Below are positions 52,461-61,683 of a DNA stretch of 64,000 nucleotides, one piece after another. Origin of the DNA: Minisyncoccota bacterium (lineage in GTDB: Bacteria > Patescibacteriota > Minisyncoccia > Phycocordibacterales > DSPV01). Positions within the stretch are counted from its first letter, which is position 1, and the number at the start of each line of letters is the position of its first letter. A model generated the notes under the pieces. It was not told where the DNA came from and did no database searches. It worked only from the letters and a program-made list of their open reading frames with translations. Location of the stretch: positions 2,239-66,238 of the forward strand of contig JBAZSH010000002.1 of the NCBI GenBank assembly GCA_041662545.1, given 5' to 3'. The translations under genes were made by a program, and so were the position numbers.

Positions 52461-53413
52461 ATTTTAAAAAGTATTTTTCCGATTGGCGTTGTTTACTAGC
52501 AATTTTTATTTTGCTTGGTTTTGCTAATTATTTTTTCTTTAATTATCCGGCAAATTTTCCAAAAAACACTTTATTGTCAGTGGAAAAAGGTGTAACCATC
52601 AGACAAACCGCTAATTTTTTGGAGCAAAATAATTTTATCACTTCGCCTTTTTGGTTTATCGCTTTTAATCGGATGTTGAGTGGTGGTCATGGAGTTTTGG
52701 CTGGCGATTATTTTTTTGGTAAGCCACAGAATTTATTTACTATAAGCCGACGATTATCGAGAGGTGATTTTGGTTTGACGCCGGTAGTGGTTTTTATTCC
52801 CGAAGGCAGTTCTGTCAAAGAAATTGCCGCAATTTTGGATAAGGTTTTACCATCTTTTGATGAGGCAGAATTTATTAAAAAAGCTGAAGATAAGGAGGGT
52901 TATCTTTTTCCTGATACTTATAATTTTTCACCTAATATCAAACCGCTCGCGGTCATTGAAGCGATGGAGAAAAATTTTAATGAAAAAATTGTTTCTCTTG
53001 AAGAAAAGATTTCTGCTTTTGGTCGGCCATTAAAGGAAGTGATTATTATGGCCTCGTTGTTGGAAGAAGAAGCTCGCAAGCTGGAAACAAAACAAATGAT
53101 CTCCGGTATTCTTTGGAAGAGGATAGAAATAGGTATGCCGTTGCAAGTGGATGCTAGTTTTCAGTATGTGAATGGCAAGAATTCTTTTAATTTAACAACC
53201 GAAGATTTAGCCACCGATTCGCCTTACAATACTTACACTCGCAAGGGTTTGCCCCCCGGTCCAATTACCAATCCCGGTTTGGATTCCATCTTGGCCGCCG
53301 TAACGCCAACCGAAAGTCAGTATCTTTATTTTTTAACCGACAAAGATGGCGTAATGCATTACGCTGTTACTCATGATCAACATGTGGCAAATAAAACTAA
53401 GTATTTGAGGTAG
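52457..53413 (+). CDS. mltG: endolytic murein transglycosylase MltG (YceG family)
   Basis: N-terminal TM, YceG-like motifs (LPPGPITNPG, YLYF). Confidence 0.85.
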   Translation: MNFKKYFSDWRCLLAIFILLGFANYFFFNYPANFPKNTLLSVEKGVTIRQTANFLEQNNFITSPFWFIAFNRMLSGGHGVLAGDYFFGKPQNLFTISRRLSRGDFGLTPVVVFIPEGSSVKEIAAILDKVLPSFDEAEFIKKAEDKEGYLFPDTYNFSPNIKPLAVIEAMEKNFNEKIVSLEEKISAFGRPLKEVIIMASLLEEEARKLETKQMISGILWKRIEIGMPLQVDASFQYVNGKNSFNLTTEDLATDSPYNTYTRKGLPPGPITNPGLDSILAAVTPTESQYLYFLTDKDGVMHYAVTHDQHVANKTKYLR

Positions 53414-53431
53414 CAAATTTTGCTAAAAGAT

Positions 53432-53809
53432 TTATTTTGGCAACGGACACCCAGATTCTTGGGACAATTTTTCTAAAGTTTGCAAACCAACGAGCCGATG
53501 GCCATCGGGGAACAGCCAGGTTGGCGTGGCTTCAATTTTATCAATGGTACATTTCTCGGGTTTTTCGCCACAGTCTACATAAGGTACAAGGCGGAAAGAA
53601 TCACCGAAGATTGCTTCTTGTTTCTGACAATAAACACACCAAGCAGTGCCATACATAGTTATTTCTTTGTTGGCAAGGCATTGAGCGAATTCATCTACAT
53701 TAACTGTTGCTATCACATTTTTCTTATTAAAAACAAAAAATGCGGCGGTTAGCACTAATGCTCCGAGCACGATAGCCCCCAAAATTTTTATAGAATTATT
53801 GTCTTGCAT
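53432..53809 (-). CDS. membrane-anchored thioredoxin-like protein (CxxC)
   Basis: TM + WCVYC redox motif. Confidence 0.65.
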   Translation of the reverse strand: MQDNNSIKILGAIVLGALVLTAAFFVFNKKNVIATVNVDEFAQCLANKEITMYGTAWCVYCQKQEAIFGDSFRLVPYVDCGEKPEKCTIDKIEATPTWLFPDGHRLVGLQTLEKLSQESGCPLPK

Positions 53810-54316
53810 TTATTCGTCGCAACAATTAACCAATTTTTCCACAATATCCTGCGATGTCCAAGGTTTTTCACTAGCGGCAATACTTTTAAACTTATCCGCA
53901 TCAACCAGTTTTAAGCGCACTGCCCAGAATAATGAATATAACTGATAGGCTCGGTCAAACATTTCTTTGGCCTCGGTTTTTTTGCCGTCACCTTGTAATT
54001 TAGTACCGACTTCCATCAGGCGCATTGAAGCCGCCAATAAGTGTTTGCTAATACACCAAGTTTCGCCAAGATGCCGGTCAATCAGTTTGGCCAGCATTTC
54101 TTTACGGATTTCTCGTACTTGATTGATGAAATCAAAATATTCTTCGTTGCCGGTTTTTTCGCTGGTGAAGAAAAAGTGTTCCTCCAAGCTGATCAGATTC
54201 ATTATGGCAATGCTCAAATCTTCTTCCGAAGAAAGATCAATGGCTCCACCTTTTTTTAATTCCTCAACTTTTTTCAAAACATCTTCAAGTTTGTAAGTTG
54301 GCGATTTTGTTTCCAT
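53810..54316 (-). CDS. hypothetical protein in CcdA/thioredoxin operon
   Basis: ORF between ccdA-like and trx-like genes, C-terminal CCDE. Confidence 0.45.
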   Translation of the reverse strand: METKSPTYKLEDVLKKVEELKKGGAIDLSSEEDLSIAIMNLISLEEHFFFTSEKTGNEEYFDFINQVREIRKEMLAKLIDRHLGETWCISKHLLAASMRLMEVGTKLQGDGKKTEAKEMFDRAYQLYSLFWAVRLKLVDADKFKSIAASEKPWTSQDIVEKLVNCCDE

Positions 54317-54324
54317 TTTATTTT

Positions 54325-55077
54325 TTATTGAGTGATTAAGATAATAAAGCCGAGAATAATGAGGGCGACAGCACCCCAAATTTTGATGCCGGTGCGTTTA
54401 GTTTTTTTCCATTCTTCCACTTTGCCGTGTAATGCTTTATTACTTGCCAAGGCCAAGATTACCAGCAAAGGTGCGATGAAAATCAAATTATATATTATCA
54501 GATAACCCAGTCCTGACCAAAATGTTTCCTGATCATGAAGCAGGCCGAGCACTAAAAAATACGGGCCGCCGGTGCAAGGGAATTCATACATTGCCACAAG
54601 TAATCCTAAAACAAAAGCGGTGGGCACTGATGCTTTGGCCATAAGTGCCGCTATTTTTGGTTTAGCGCTGGTGGGAATTGTTAATTTGATAGGGAAGTTG
54701 GGGAAAATCTCGCCGGCGATATTTATTAAACCAAAGACAATTAAGATCAAGGCGCCGATTTTTGCCATTATGTGTGGTGCTCCAAAAGCCGTTAAGGTTT
54801 GAAGAATACCTAGACCGATAGAAATGTAGGCGATAAACACACCGAAAATATAAGTACCGCCAATAGCAAGAACTTTTTTCCTGCTGAAGCCCAAACTTAA
54901 CAAAAAACCAAGGGTGATTAACAAAACGGAAAAAGCGCAGGGATTAATGCTATCAATTGCCGCCGCGCCAATAATTACCCAAATCAAATGGTCCATAGTG
55001 AGGGAAACTATAACATAAATTAAAATAAATTGAGAATTGGTGAGTGGTGTGTTAACATTCGAAATATGAAAAGTCAA
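54325..55077 (-). CDS. ccdA: cytochrome c biogenesis/thiol-disulfide transporter CcdA (DsbD core)
   Basis: 6 TM, conserved Cys in INPCAFSVLL and PCTGGP. Confidence 0.75.
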   Translation of the reverse strand: MTFHISNVNTPLTNSQFILIYVIVSLTMDHLIWVIIGAAAIDSINPCAFSVLLITLGFLLSLGFSRKKVLAIGGTYIFGVFIAYISIGLGILQTLTAFGAPHIMAKIGALILIVFGLINIAGEIFPNFPIKLTIPTSAKPKIAALMAKASVPTAFVLGLLVAMYEFPCTGGPYFLVLGLLHDQETFWSGLGYLIIYNLIFIAPLLVILALASNKALHGKVEEWKKTKRTGIKIWGAVALIILGFIILITQ

Positions 55078-56262
55078 GAAGTTAAAAAAGTTTACCCTGA
55101 GCGAAGTCGAAGGGTTTTTGTCGGCCTCTCTGGTGGAGTTGATTCTTCTGTTTCTGCGGCTTTGCTAAAAAAAGCCGGTTATGAAGTGACCGGAGTTTTT
55201 ATCAAGGGTTGGCATCCGGATTGGGGTCCTTGTGGTTGGCAGGAAGATCGTTTGGACGCCATGCGGGTTTGTGCTCATTTGGGCATTCCTTTTTGTGATT
55301 TAGATTTGTCAAAGGAATACAAAAAAGAGGTGGTGGATTATATGATTGATGAATACAAAGTGGGCAGAACGCCAAACCCTGATGTGATGTGCAATCAGAA
55401 AATTAAATTCGGCGCGTTTTTTGATTGGGCATCGGCACAAGGCGCGAATTTTGTGGCGACAGGACACTATGCCCAAATTAAAAATTTGAAATTAAAAATT
55501 TCTAAAGATAAGAACAAAGACCAAACTTACTTTCTGTGGACACTTACGCAGAGAGAACTTTCACGGACGCTTTTTCCCGTTGGTGGTATGATCAAATCGG
55601 AAGTGCGTAAGTTGGCGAAAAAATTCGGTTTGCCAACGGCCGAGAAAAAAGATAGTCAAGGTTTGTGCTTCGTTGGCAAAGTAGATTTACCGGATTTTCT
55701 TTCACACTTTTTGAAGCCGAAACGCGGCGATGTTTTACTTGCCCCGAACGGAGTTGAGGGGGGTAAGGGTGGCACAAAAATCGGCTGGCACAAGGGCGTT
55801 TTCTTTCTGACCATAGGCCAACGGCACGGTTTTACTATTACCAAAAAGACCCCAAATGATTTGCCTTATTACATTGTTGCCAAAGATGTTAGAAAAAACA
55901 CTATCACGGTTTCTCATAAGCTCTTTCCCCAGAGGTCAGACCTTTCTCTGACTTCAAGGTCTGACCTCGCAAACTCTGTTGTCTTGCGCGATGTTAATTG
56001 GATTTCACCCATTTTTGATTTTAGAGGTCAGACCTCTAACTCTAGGAGAGGTCTGACCTCTCCTAACCTTTTTGCCAGATTTCGCTATCGCCAACCGCTT
56101 CAAGAAATTCATCTTAAGAATAAAAGGTTGAACCTTAAATCTGTAGAAAGGTTCAACCTTGAAATCCGATTTCAAAAACCTCAACCCGCCATCGCTCCCG
56201 GTCAGTCGCTAGTAATTTATTCTAAGACAGAAGAATGCCTCGGCGGCGGGATTATTGTATAA
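55066..56262 (+). CDS. mnmA: tRNA 2-thiouridylase MnmA carrying three in-frame 37-nt hairpin insertions in C-terminal domain
   Basis: PP-loop SGGVDSS, catalytic Cys pairs; ~50 aa longer than typical due to insertions at 55933-55968, 56024-56060, 56124-56160. Confidence 0.85.
   Translation: MKSQEVKKVYPERSRRVFVGLSGGVDSSVSAALLKKAGYEVTGVFIKGWHPDWGPCGWQEDRLDAMRVCAHLGIPFCDLDLSKEYKKEVVDYMIDEYKVGRTPNPDVMCNQKIKFGAFFDWASAQGANFVATGHYAQIKNLKLKISKDKNKDQTYFLWTLTQRELSRTLFPVGGMIKSEVRKLAKKFGLPTAEKKDSQGLCFVGKVDLPDFLSHFLKPKRGDVLLAPNGVEGGKGGTKIGWHKGVFFLTIGQRHGFTITKKTPNDLPYYIVAKDVRKNTITVSHKLFPQRSDLSLTSRSDLANSVVLRDVNWISPIFDFRGQTSNSRRGLTSPNLFARFRYRQPLQEIHLKNKRLNLKSVERFNLEIRFQKPQPAIAPGQSLVIYSKTEECLGGGIIV
55933..55968. 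repeat. 37-nt palindromic hairpin element (type B: gaggtcagacct-loop-aggtctgacctc)
   Basis: inverted 12-mers with 13-nt loop, in frame within mnmA. Confidence 0.85.
56024..56060. repeat. 37-nt palindromic hairpin element (type B, second copy)
   Basis: gaggtcagacctctaactctaggagaggtctgacctc. Confidence 0.85.
56124..56160. repeat. 37-nt palindromic hairpin element (type A) in mnmA
   Basis: aaggttgaaccttaaatctgtagaaaggttcaacctt. Confidence 0.9.
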
Positions 56263-56269
56263 TATCCCC

Positions 56270-57106
56270 ATGTCTCAACAAGGAATTCTTATTACCAAAG
56301 CCAATGGCAAAATGGAGCCGTTTGATTATCGTAAGTTGGAAAATTCGCTGAAAAGATCCGGTGCTTCTTCACCGCTGGCCCAAAAAATTTCTACTAAGGT
56401 TGAACGAGAAATCCACGAAGGAGCTAGCACCGGTTTGATTTATCAGCGTGCCCATCGACTTTTGAACGAAACCGAGAGGCCTTCGGCCGCGCGATATTCT
56501 CTGCGTCGCGCCTTGCTTGGTATGGGACCCACTGGTTTTCCTTTTGAAAAATTCGTTGCCCAAATTTTCAAAACTAAAGGTTTCAATGTTCTGAATGACC
56601 AGATGGTCAAAGGCAATTGCGCCGAACACGAGGTGGATGTGGTGGCTTGGAATAAAGAAAAGTTGCTGATGGCCGAGTTGAAATTTCATAATCAAATTGG
56701 CGAGAAGAGCGATTTGAAAGTTGCGCTTTATGTCAAAGCTCGTTTTGATGATTTGCTTGACCAATATTTTGATTACGGCCGGCGGCGGCTGTTGGATGAG
56801 GGTTGGTTGATTACCAATACTAAGTTTAGTAAGAATGCTATTAATTATGGTATGTGCGCTAAGTTGGCGATGATTGGTTGGAGTTATCCGGCCACAGGTA
56901 ATTTACAAGAATTGATTGAAAGCGCCCGGTTGCATCCAATTACTTGTCTAACTACTTTAAGTATGACCGAGAAACAGAATCTTTTGACCAACGGTGTGGT
57001 GCTCTGCCAAGAAGTAAAGGCTGATGCTGGTCCCTTGAAATTTGTCGGTTTAAATGACGAAAAGGTTAAAATAGTGCGTGATGAAGCGGCGCTCTTGTGC
57101 GAATAA
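56270..57106 (+). CDS. ATP-cone domain fused to restriction-endonuclease-like (Mrr-cat/PD-(D/E)xK) domain
   Basis: N-terminal ATP-cone pattern (ILITKANGKMEPFDYRKLENSL), C-terminal FEKFVAQIFKTKGFNV...EHEVDVVAW...ELKFH; leaderless geometry (TGTATAAT 56256-56263, ATG 56270). Confidence 0.5.
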   Translation: MSQQGILITKANGKMEPFDYRKLENSLKRSGASSPLAQKISTKVEREIHEGASTGLIYQRAHRLLNETERPSAARYSLRRALLGMGPTGFPFEKFVAQIFKTKGFNVLNDQMVKGNCAEHEVDVVAWNKEKLLMAELKFHNQIGEKSDLKVALYVKARFDDLLDQYFDYGRRRLLDEGWLITNTKFSKNAINYGMCAKLAMIGWSYPATGNLQELIESARLHPITCLTTLSMTEKQNLLTNGVVLCQEVKADAGPLKFVGLNDEKVKIVRDEAALLCE

Positions 57107-57153
57107 GGGACTTGCGCTATATTGCCAAAGGAATTATTAAATAGAAAAAAATT

Positions 57154-57711
57154 ATGAACGATTTCAATAAAAACAAGAATTTACCTTACAATCCGCCGGT
57201 CCAGCCGATGGAGGCGAAGAGCGAGACGAGTACTTACATCGTGATTGCCATTATTGCTTTTGCCCTAGGTTTGGGTAGTGGTTGGCTTTGGACAAAGAAA
57301 AATGTCGAACCGGTGGATGGAACAAAAAATGATAAAACCACTGAAGTCACTGATAAAACGACAGGCCAAACACCAACTGGCGATTTGGTTACTGGCAACT
57401 CAATTTTAGTGAAAGACCAAACTGCTGGCATTGAGGTGGCGGTGGAACAAGTGGTTTTGACCAATATGGCTTGGGTGGTGGTGCGCGAGGATGATGGTGT
57501 CGGTGCACCGGGTAAAATTTTGGGCGCGCAACTTTTTGAAGTTGGTGTTGGCACAGGCAATGTAGAATTATTGCGAGGGACTGAAGCTGGTGGGACTTAT
57601 TACGCAATGATTTATTCTGACAACGGCGACCGCGCTTTTGATCCAAAATTAGACGCACCAATTCTTGATGGCATTAGCCAACCAATAATCGCAACATTCA
57701 AAGTTAATTGA
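57154..57711 (+). CDS. hypothetical secreted/membrane-anchored protein
   Basis: N-terminal TM/signal, Thr/Gly-rich. Confidence 0.4.
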   Translation: MNDFNKNKNLPYNPPVQPMEAKSETSTYIVIAIIAFALGLGSGWLWTKKNVEPVDGTKNDKTTEVTDKTTGQTPTGDLVTGNSILVKDQTAGIEVAVEQVVLTNMAWVVVREDDGVGAPGKILGAQLFEVGVGTGNVELLRGTEAGGTYYAMIYSDNGDRAFDPKLDAPILDGISQPIIATFKVN

Positions 57712-57733
57712 GATTCTGTGATAGAATGGCGGT

Positions 57734-58546
57734 ATGGCGATTTATACTAAATTTAAGAGCCGGAACTTTGAACCGGAGGCAAAAGAGCCGTTCAAAATTT
57801 CGCGTTCAAAAATTGATTTGTTTTGGGAATGTCCCCGCTGTTTTTATCTTGACCGGCGATTGGGGATTAAACGGCCATCAATGCCGGCTTTTACTTTGAA
57901 CTCGGCGGTGGACTATTTGCTCAAAAAAGAATTTGATATTCATCGGGCGGAAAAAGAGGCGCATCCCTTGATGAAAAAATACAAAATTAGCGCAATACCT
58001 TTCCAGCATCCTGATTTGGAAAAATGGCGGCACAATTTTACTGGTATCAGGTTTGTCCATGAGCCGACCAATCTTTTGGTGTTCGGCGCGGTTGATGATG
58101 TTTGGATTGACGATAAAAATGAATTGCACATTGTGGATTATAAAGCGACTTCCAAGGACCAAATCATTGATGAATTAGCCGACACTCGTTGGCACGACCA
58201 ATATCGTCGACAAATGGAAATTTATCAATGGTTGTTTCGGCAGAATGGCTTTAAGGTTTCCGACACCGGTTATTTTGTTTATGTTAACGCTTACAAAGAC
58301 CGAGCGGCTTTTGATGGTAAACTGGAATTTGATGTGCGAATTATTGCCTACAAAGGTGACGATAGTTGGGTGGGAGAAATTTTGGTGAACGCTAAAAAAT
58401 GTCTAATGTCGGAAAAAATTCCCGAAGCAGGTGAACTCTGTGAATATTGCCCTTACCGCGAAGCGGCCGGCAAAGCATTCAAAGAAAAAGTTTTGAAAAA
58501 GCCCGTCGTTGAAAAACTAGCCAAAAACTCCAACACGCTTTTTTAG
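57734..58546 (+). CDS. PD-(D/E)xK nuclease with Cas4/RecB-like Fe-S cysteine cluster
   Basis: N-terminal CPRCFYL and C-terminal CEYCPYREAAG cysteines, DYK nuclease motif (IVDYKAT). Confidence 0.6.
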   Translation: MAIYTKFKSRNFEPEAKEPFKISRSKIDLFWECPRCFYLDRRLGIKRPSMPAFTLNSAVDYLLKKEFDIHRAEKEAHPLMKKYKISAIPFQHPDLEKWRHNFTGIRFVHEPTNLLVFGAVDDVWIDDKNELHIVDYKATSKDQIIDELADTRWHDQYRRQMEIYQWLFRQNGFKVSDTGYFVYVNAYKDRAAFDGKLEFDVRIIAYKGDDSWVGEILVNAKKCLMSEKIPEAGELCEYCPYREAAGKAFKEKVLKKPVVEKLAKNSNTLF

Positions 58547-58571
58547 AAGCGCGGTTGATGCTACAATAAAA

Positions 58572-58904
58572 GTGATGACTTTTGAGGAATATCAAAAAAA
58601 GTCGAGGAAAACCGCTAAATATCCAAAGATTGGAGCTAGTTTTGTTTATCCTACATTAGGTTTTGCTGGTGAATCTGGGGAAGTAGTGGAAAAAATAAAA
58701 AAGATTTTTCGTGATGACAAAGGTAAAGTAACAGCAGAAAAGAAAAAAGAAATTGAGAAAGAGCTCGGTGATGTTTTGTGGTATTTAAGCCAAATCGCAA
58801 CTGAGCTCGGCTTATCTCTTGATAAAATTGCTTCTGGAAATATTGAGAAACTTTATTCACGCCTCGCTCGCGGAAAAATTCACGGGAGCGGAGATAATAG
58901 ATAA
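58572..58904 (+). CDS. MazG-like nucleotide pyrophosphohydrolase
   Basis: AGESGEV...EKELGDVLWYL all-alpha NTP-PPase motifs. Confidence 0.7.
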   Translation: MMTFEEYQKKSRKTAKYPKIGASFVYPTLGFAGESGEVVEKIKKIFRDDKGKVTAEKKKEIEKELGDVLWYLSQIATELGLSLDKIASGNIEKLYSRLARGKIHGSGDNR

Positions 58905-58908
58905 AAAT

Positions 58909-60378
58909 ATGGCGACGCTTGAAGAAATAAGAAAAAATCGTTTGGAGAAATTGACCGCGTTGAGAAAACAGGGAATTGAACCATATCCGATTTCAGCGAG
59001 CACCGAAAGGCGACAGCTGGCTGATGTGGTAGAAAATTTTTCTAAATACGAAAAAGAAAAAGAAATTATTATCGTCGGTAGGATCATGGCGATTCGTGGC
59101 CAAGGTGGTTTAACTTTCTTTACGCTGGTTGACGGCACAGGAAAATTTCAAGGACTTTTGAAAAAAGATGAGAGCGGCGAAGTTCCCTGCCAGTCGTTTG
59201 TTGATTTTGCTGACATCGGAGATTTTATTGAAGCGGGCGGCACGCTTTTTACTACCAAACGCGGCGAAAAAACTTTGCTGGTAAAAAATTGGCGGATGCT
59301 TTCAAAAAGTTTATTACCTTTGCCAGAAAAGTGGCACGGTCTTCAGGATACCGAAGCTCGCTACCGTCATCGCTATTTGGATTTGCTTTTGAATTCTGAT
59401 TTGCGAGAACTTTTTGTTCGCAAGGCGAAATTTTGGGAAGCGACCCGGGACTTTTTGAAACAACGCGGTTTTTTGGAAGTGGAAACGCCGTCGTTGGAAG
59501 TTACTACCGGTGGTGCTGAAGCTCGGCCGTTTAAAACGCATCACAATGATTTTGATTTAGATTTATTTTTGCGTATCTCGGTTGGTGAGCTTTGGCAAAA
59601 AAGATTGCTTGCCGGCGGTTTTGAAAAGACTTTTGAGATTGGTAAAGTTTATCGCAATGAAGGCACTAGTGCCGAACATTTGCAAGAATTTACCAATATG
59701 GAATTTTATTGGGCTTATGTTGGCGCTAAAGAAGGAATGAGACTTTGTCGCGAACTTTATATTGACATTGCCCAGAAAGTTTTTGGTAAGACGAAATTTG
59801 AAACGCGTGGTTTTGAATTTGATTTAGCGGATGAGTGGTCACTTATTGATTACGCTGAAGAAATAAAAAAACAGACTGGTGTGGATATTGATAAAGCGTC
59901 GGAAGCGGAAATCAAAAAGAAGTTAGATGAATTGGGTGTCGCCTATAAAGGTGAAAATCGCGAACGGCTTTTGGATACTTTGTGGAAACATTGTCGCAAG
60001 ACCATCGCTGGTCCAGCTTTTCTTGTCGGTCATCCGAAAATTGTCGCACCGCTTTCTAAATCAAATCCTCAAGCGCCGGAAAAAACTGAAATGTTCCAGC
60101 CGATTATTGCCGGCAGTGAAGTGGGTCGGGGCTATTCGGAATTGAACGATCCCATTGACCAGCAGGCACGTTTTGACGAGCAGAAAAAACTTTTGGCAGC
60201 AGGGGATGAAGAGGCGATGATGCCGGACGAAGAGTTTGTGGAAATGTTGGAATACGGAATGCCACCGGCTTGCGGTTTCGGTTTTGGTGAACGACTTTTT
60301 GCTATTTTAGAAAACAAATCAGTTCGCGAAACCCAACTTTTTCCTCTGATGCGGCCAAAATTAAGTGAAAAATTATGA
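58909..60378 (+). CDS. lysS: lysyl-tRNA synthetase (class II)
   Basis: OB anticodon-binding domain, class II motifs 1-3 (FRNEG, GGAEARPF..., GFGERL). Confidence 0.9.
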   Translation: MATLEEIRKNRLEKLTALRKQGIEPYPISASTERRQLADVVENFSKYEKEKEIIIVGRIMAIRGQGGLTFFTLVDGTGKFQGLLKKDESGEVPCQSFVDFADIGDFIEAGGTLFTTKRGEKTLLVKNWRMLSKSLLPLPEKWHGLQDTEARYRHRYLDLLLNSDLRELFVRKAKFWEATRDFLKQRGFLEVETPSLEVTTGGAEARPFKTHHNDFDLDLFLRISVGELWQKRLLAGGFEKTFEIGKVYRNEGTSAEHLQEFTNMEFYWAYVGAKEGMRLCRELYIDIAQKVFGKTKFETRGFEFDLADEWSLIDYAEEIKKQTGVDIDKASEAEIKKKLDELGVAYKGENRERLLDTLWKHCRKTIAGPAFLVGHPKIVAPLSKSNPQAPEKTEMFQPIIAGSEVGRGYSELNDPIDQQARFDEQKKLLAAGDEEAMMPDEEFVEMLEYGMPPACGFGFGERLFAILENKSVRETQLFPLMRPKLSEKL

Positions 60379-60683
60379 AATACGAAAAACTCGTTCGTGA
60401 TAAAGTCCCTGAACACATTCGCAGTAAAGGTGAGAATCCAATCACACATATCGCGGAAAGCATGGAGTATTGGCAGAAATTAAAAGACAAACTACTTGAA
60501 GAAGCAAAAGAATTCAACGCCGATGAAAGCTCGGAAGAGTTTGCTGATTTGCTTGAGGTAATTGATGCCATTGCTAAATACAAGGGGTTCAAGATGGACG
60601 AGATTGAAAGAATTAAAGAAGAAAAAGCGAGAAATAAAGGAAGATTCAATGACAGAATAATTCTGGACGAAACAAAGGAGTGA
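60375..60683 (+). CDS. MazG/HisE-like NTP pyrophosphohydrolase (second copy in neighbourhood)
   Basis: YEKLVRDKVPEHI N-terminal motif. Confidence 0.5.
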   Translation: MKYEKLVRDKVPEHIRSKGENPITHIAESMEYWQKLKDKLLEEAKEFNADESSEEFADLLEVIDAIAKYKGFKMDEIERIKEEKARNKGRFNDRIILDETKE

Positions 60684-60702
60684 AATGTGATATAGTGCGG
60701 TT

Positions 60703-61683
60703 ATGAATCTTGGATTTTGGGGAAAACTTCAGCCCAAGGCTGACCCGCCTAGGGCGGGAAAAAAACCGATAATTTGCCAGGCGCCGATGGCTGATGTCAC
60801 CGACGCAGCTTTTCGGCAAATGATTGCGAAATACGGAAAACCTGATGTGATGTGGACTGAATTTATTTCAGCCGATGGCTTATGTTCGGTGGGAAAAAAG
60901 AAATTGCTTCACCTTTTGAAATTTAGCGAAAAAGAGCGGCCGATTGTTGCTCAGCTTTTTGGCGCCAAACCAGAAACGATGCGTTGCGCCGCCGCCCTCG
61001 TAGTAAAGCTTGGTTTTGATGGCATAGATATCAATATGGGCTGTCCCGATCGGGCGGTGGAAAAACAAGGCGGCGGCGCGGCTTTAATAAAGAATCCAAA
61101 ATTGGCCCGTGAAATTATTCGCGCCGCGAAAGCAGGCGTGGAATCCTCTGATCGGCGGATACCAGTGTCAGTAAAAACTCGCATCGGTTACAACAAGAAC
61201 GAGTTGGCTTCGTGGCTTCCAGAACTTCTCGCCGAAAATCTAGCGGCGATAATTATTCACACCCGAACGCGTAAGGAACTTTCTAATGTGCCGGCTCGCT
61301 GGGAACACATTCGCGAAGCAGTGGCGATTCGCAATCAATTAAAAAGCAAAACTTTAATTATCGGTAATGGTGATGTTGCTGATTTGACGGACGCTTATGA
61401 AAAAGTAAAAATGAGCGGTGCTGATGGGATAATGATTGGGCGAGCGTTTTTTGGTAAACCTTGGTTGCTCTCTGATTTTTCAAGTTTGAATCTTTCCATC
61501 TTGTTAGAACACACTAAACTTTTTAATAAGCTTTTGGGTAAACACAAAAATTTCGCGGTAATGAAAAAACATTTTAAGGCCTATATTAACGGTTTTTCCG
61601 GCGCTAAAGAATTGCGCATTAAACTAATGGCCACCAAAAATGTCGCGGAAGTGGAGGAAATATTAAAAACATGGAACCACTAG
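60703..61683 (+). CDS. dus: tRNA-dihydrouridine synthase
   Basis: APMADVTDAAFR, INMGCP FMN/TIM-barrel motifs. Confidence 0.85.
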   Translation: MNLGFWGKLQPKADPPRAGKKPIICQAPMADVTDAAFRQMIAKYGKPDVMWTEFISADGLCSVGKKKLLHLLKFSEKERPIVAQLFGAKPETMRCAAALVVKLGFDGIDINMGCPDRAVEKQGGGAALIKNPKLAREIIRAAKAGVESSDRRIPVSVKTRIGYNKNELASWLPELLAENLAAIIIHTRTRKELSNVPARWEHIREAVAIRNQLKSKTLIIGNGDVADLTDAYEKVKMSGADGIMIGRAFFGKPWLLSDFSSLNLSILLEHTKLFNKLLGKHKNFAVMKKHFKAYINGFSGAKELRIKLMATKNVAEVEEILKTWNH

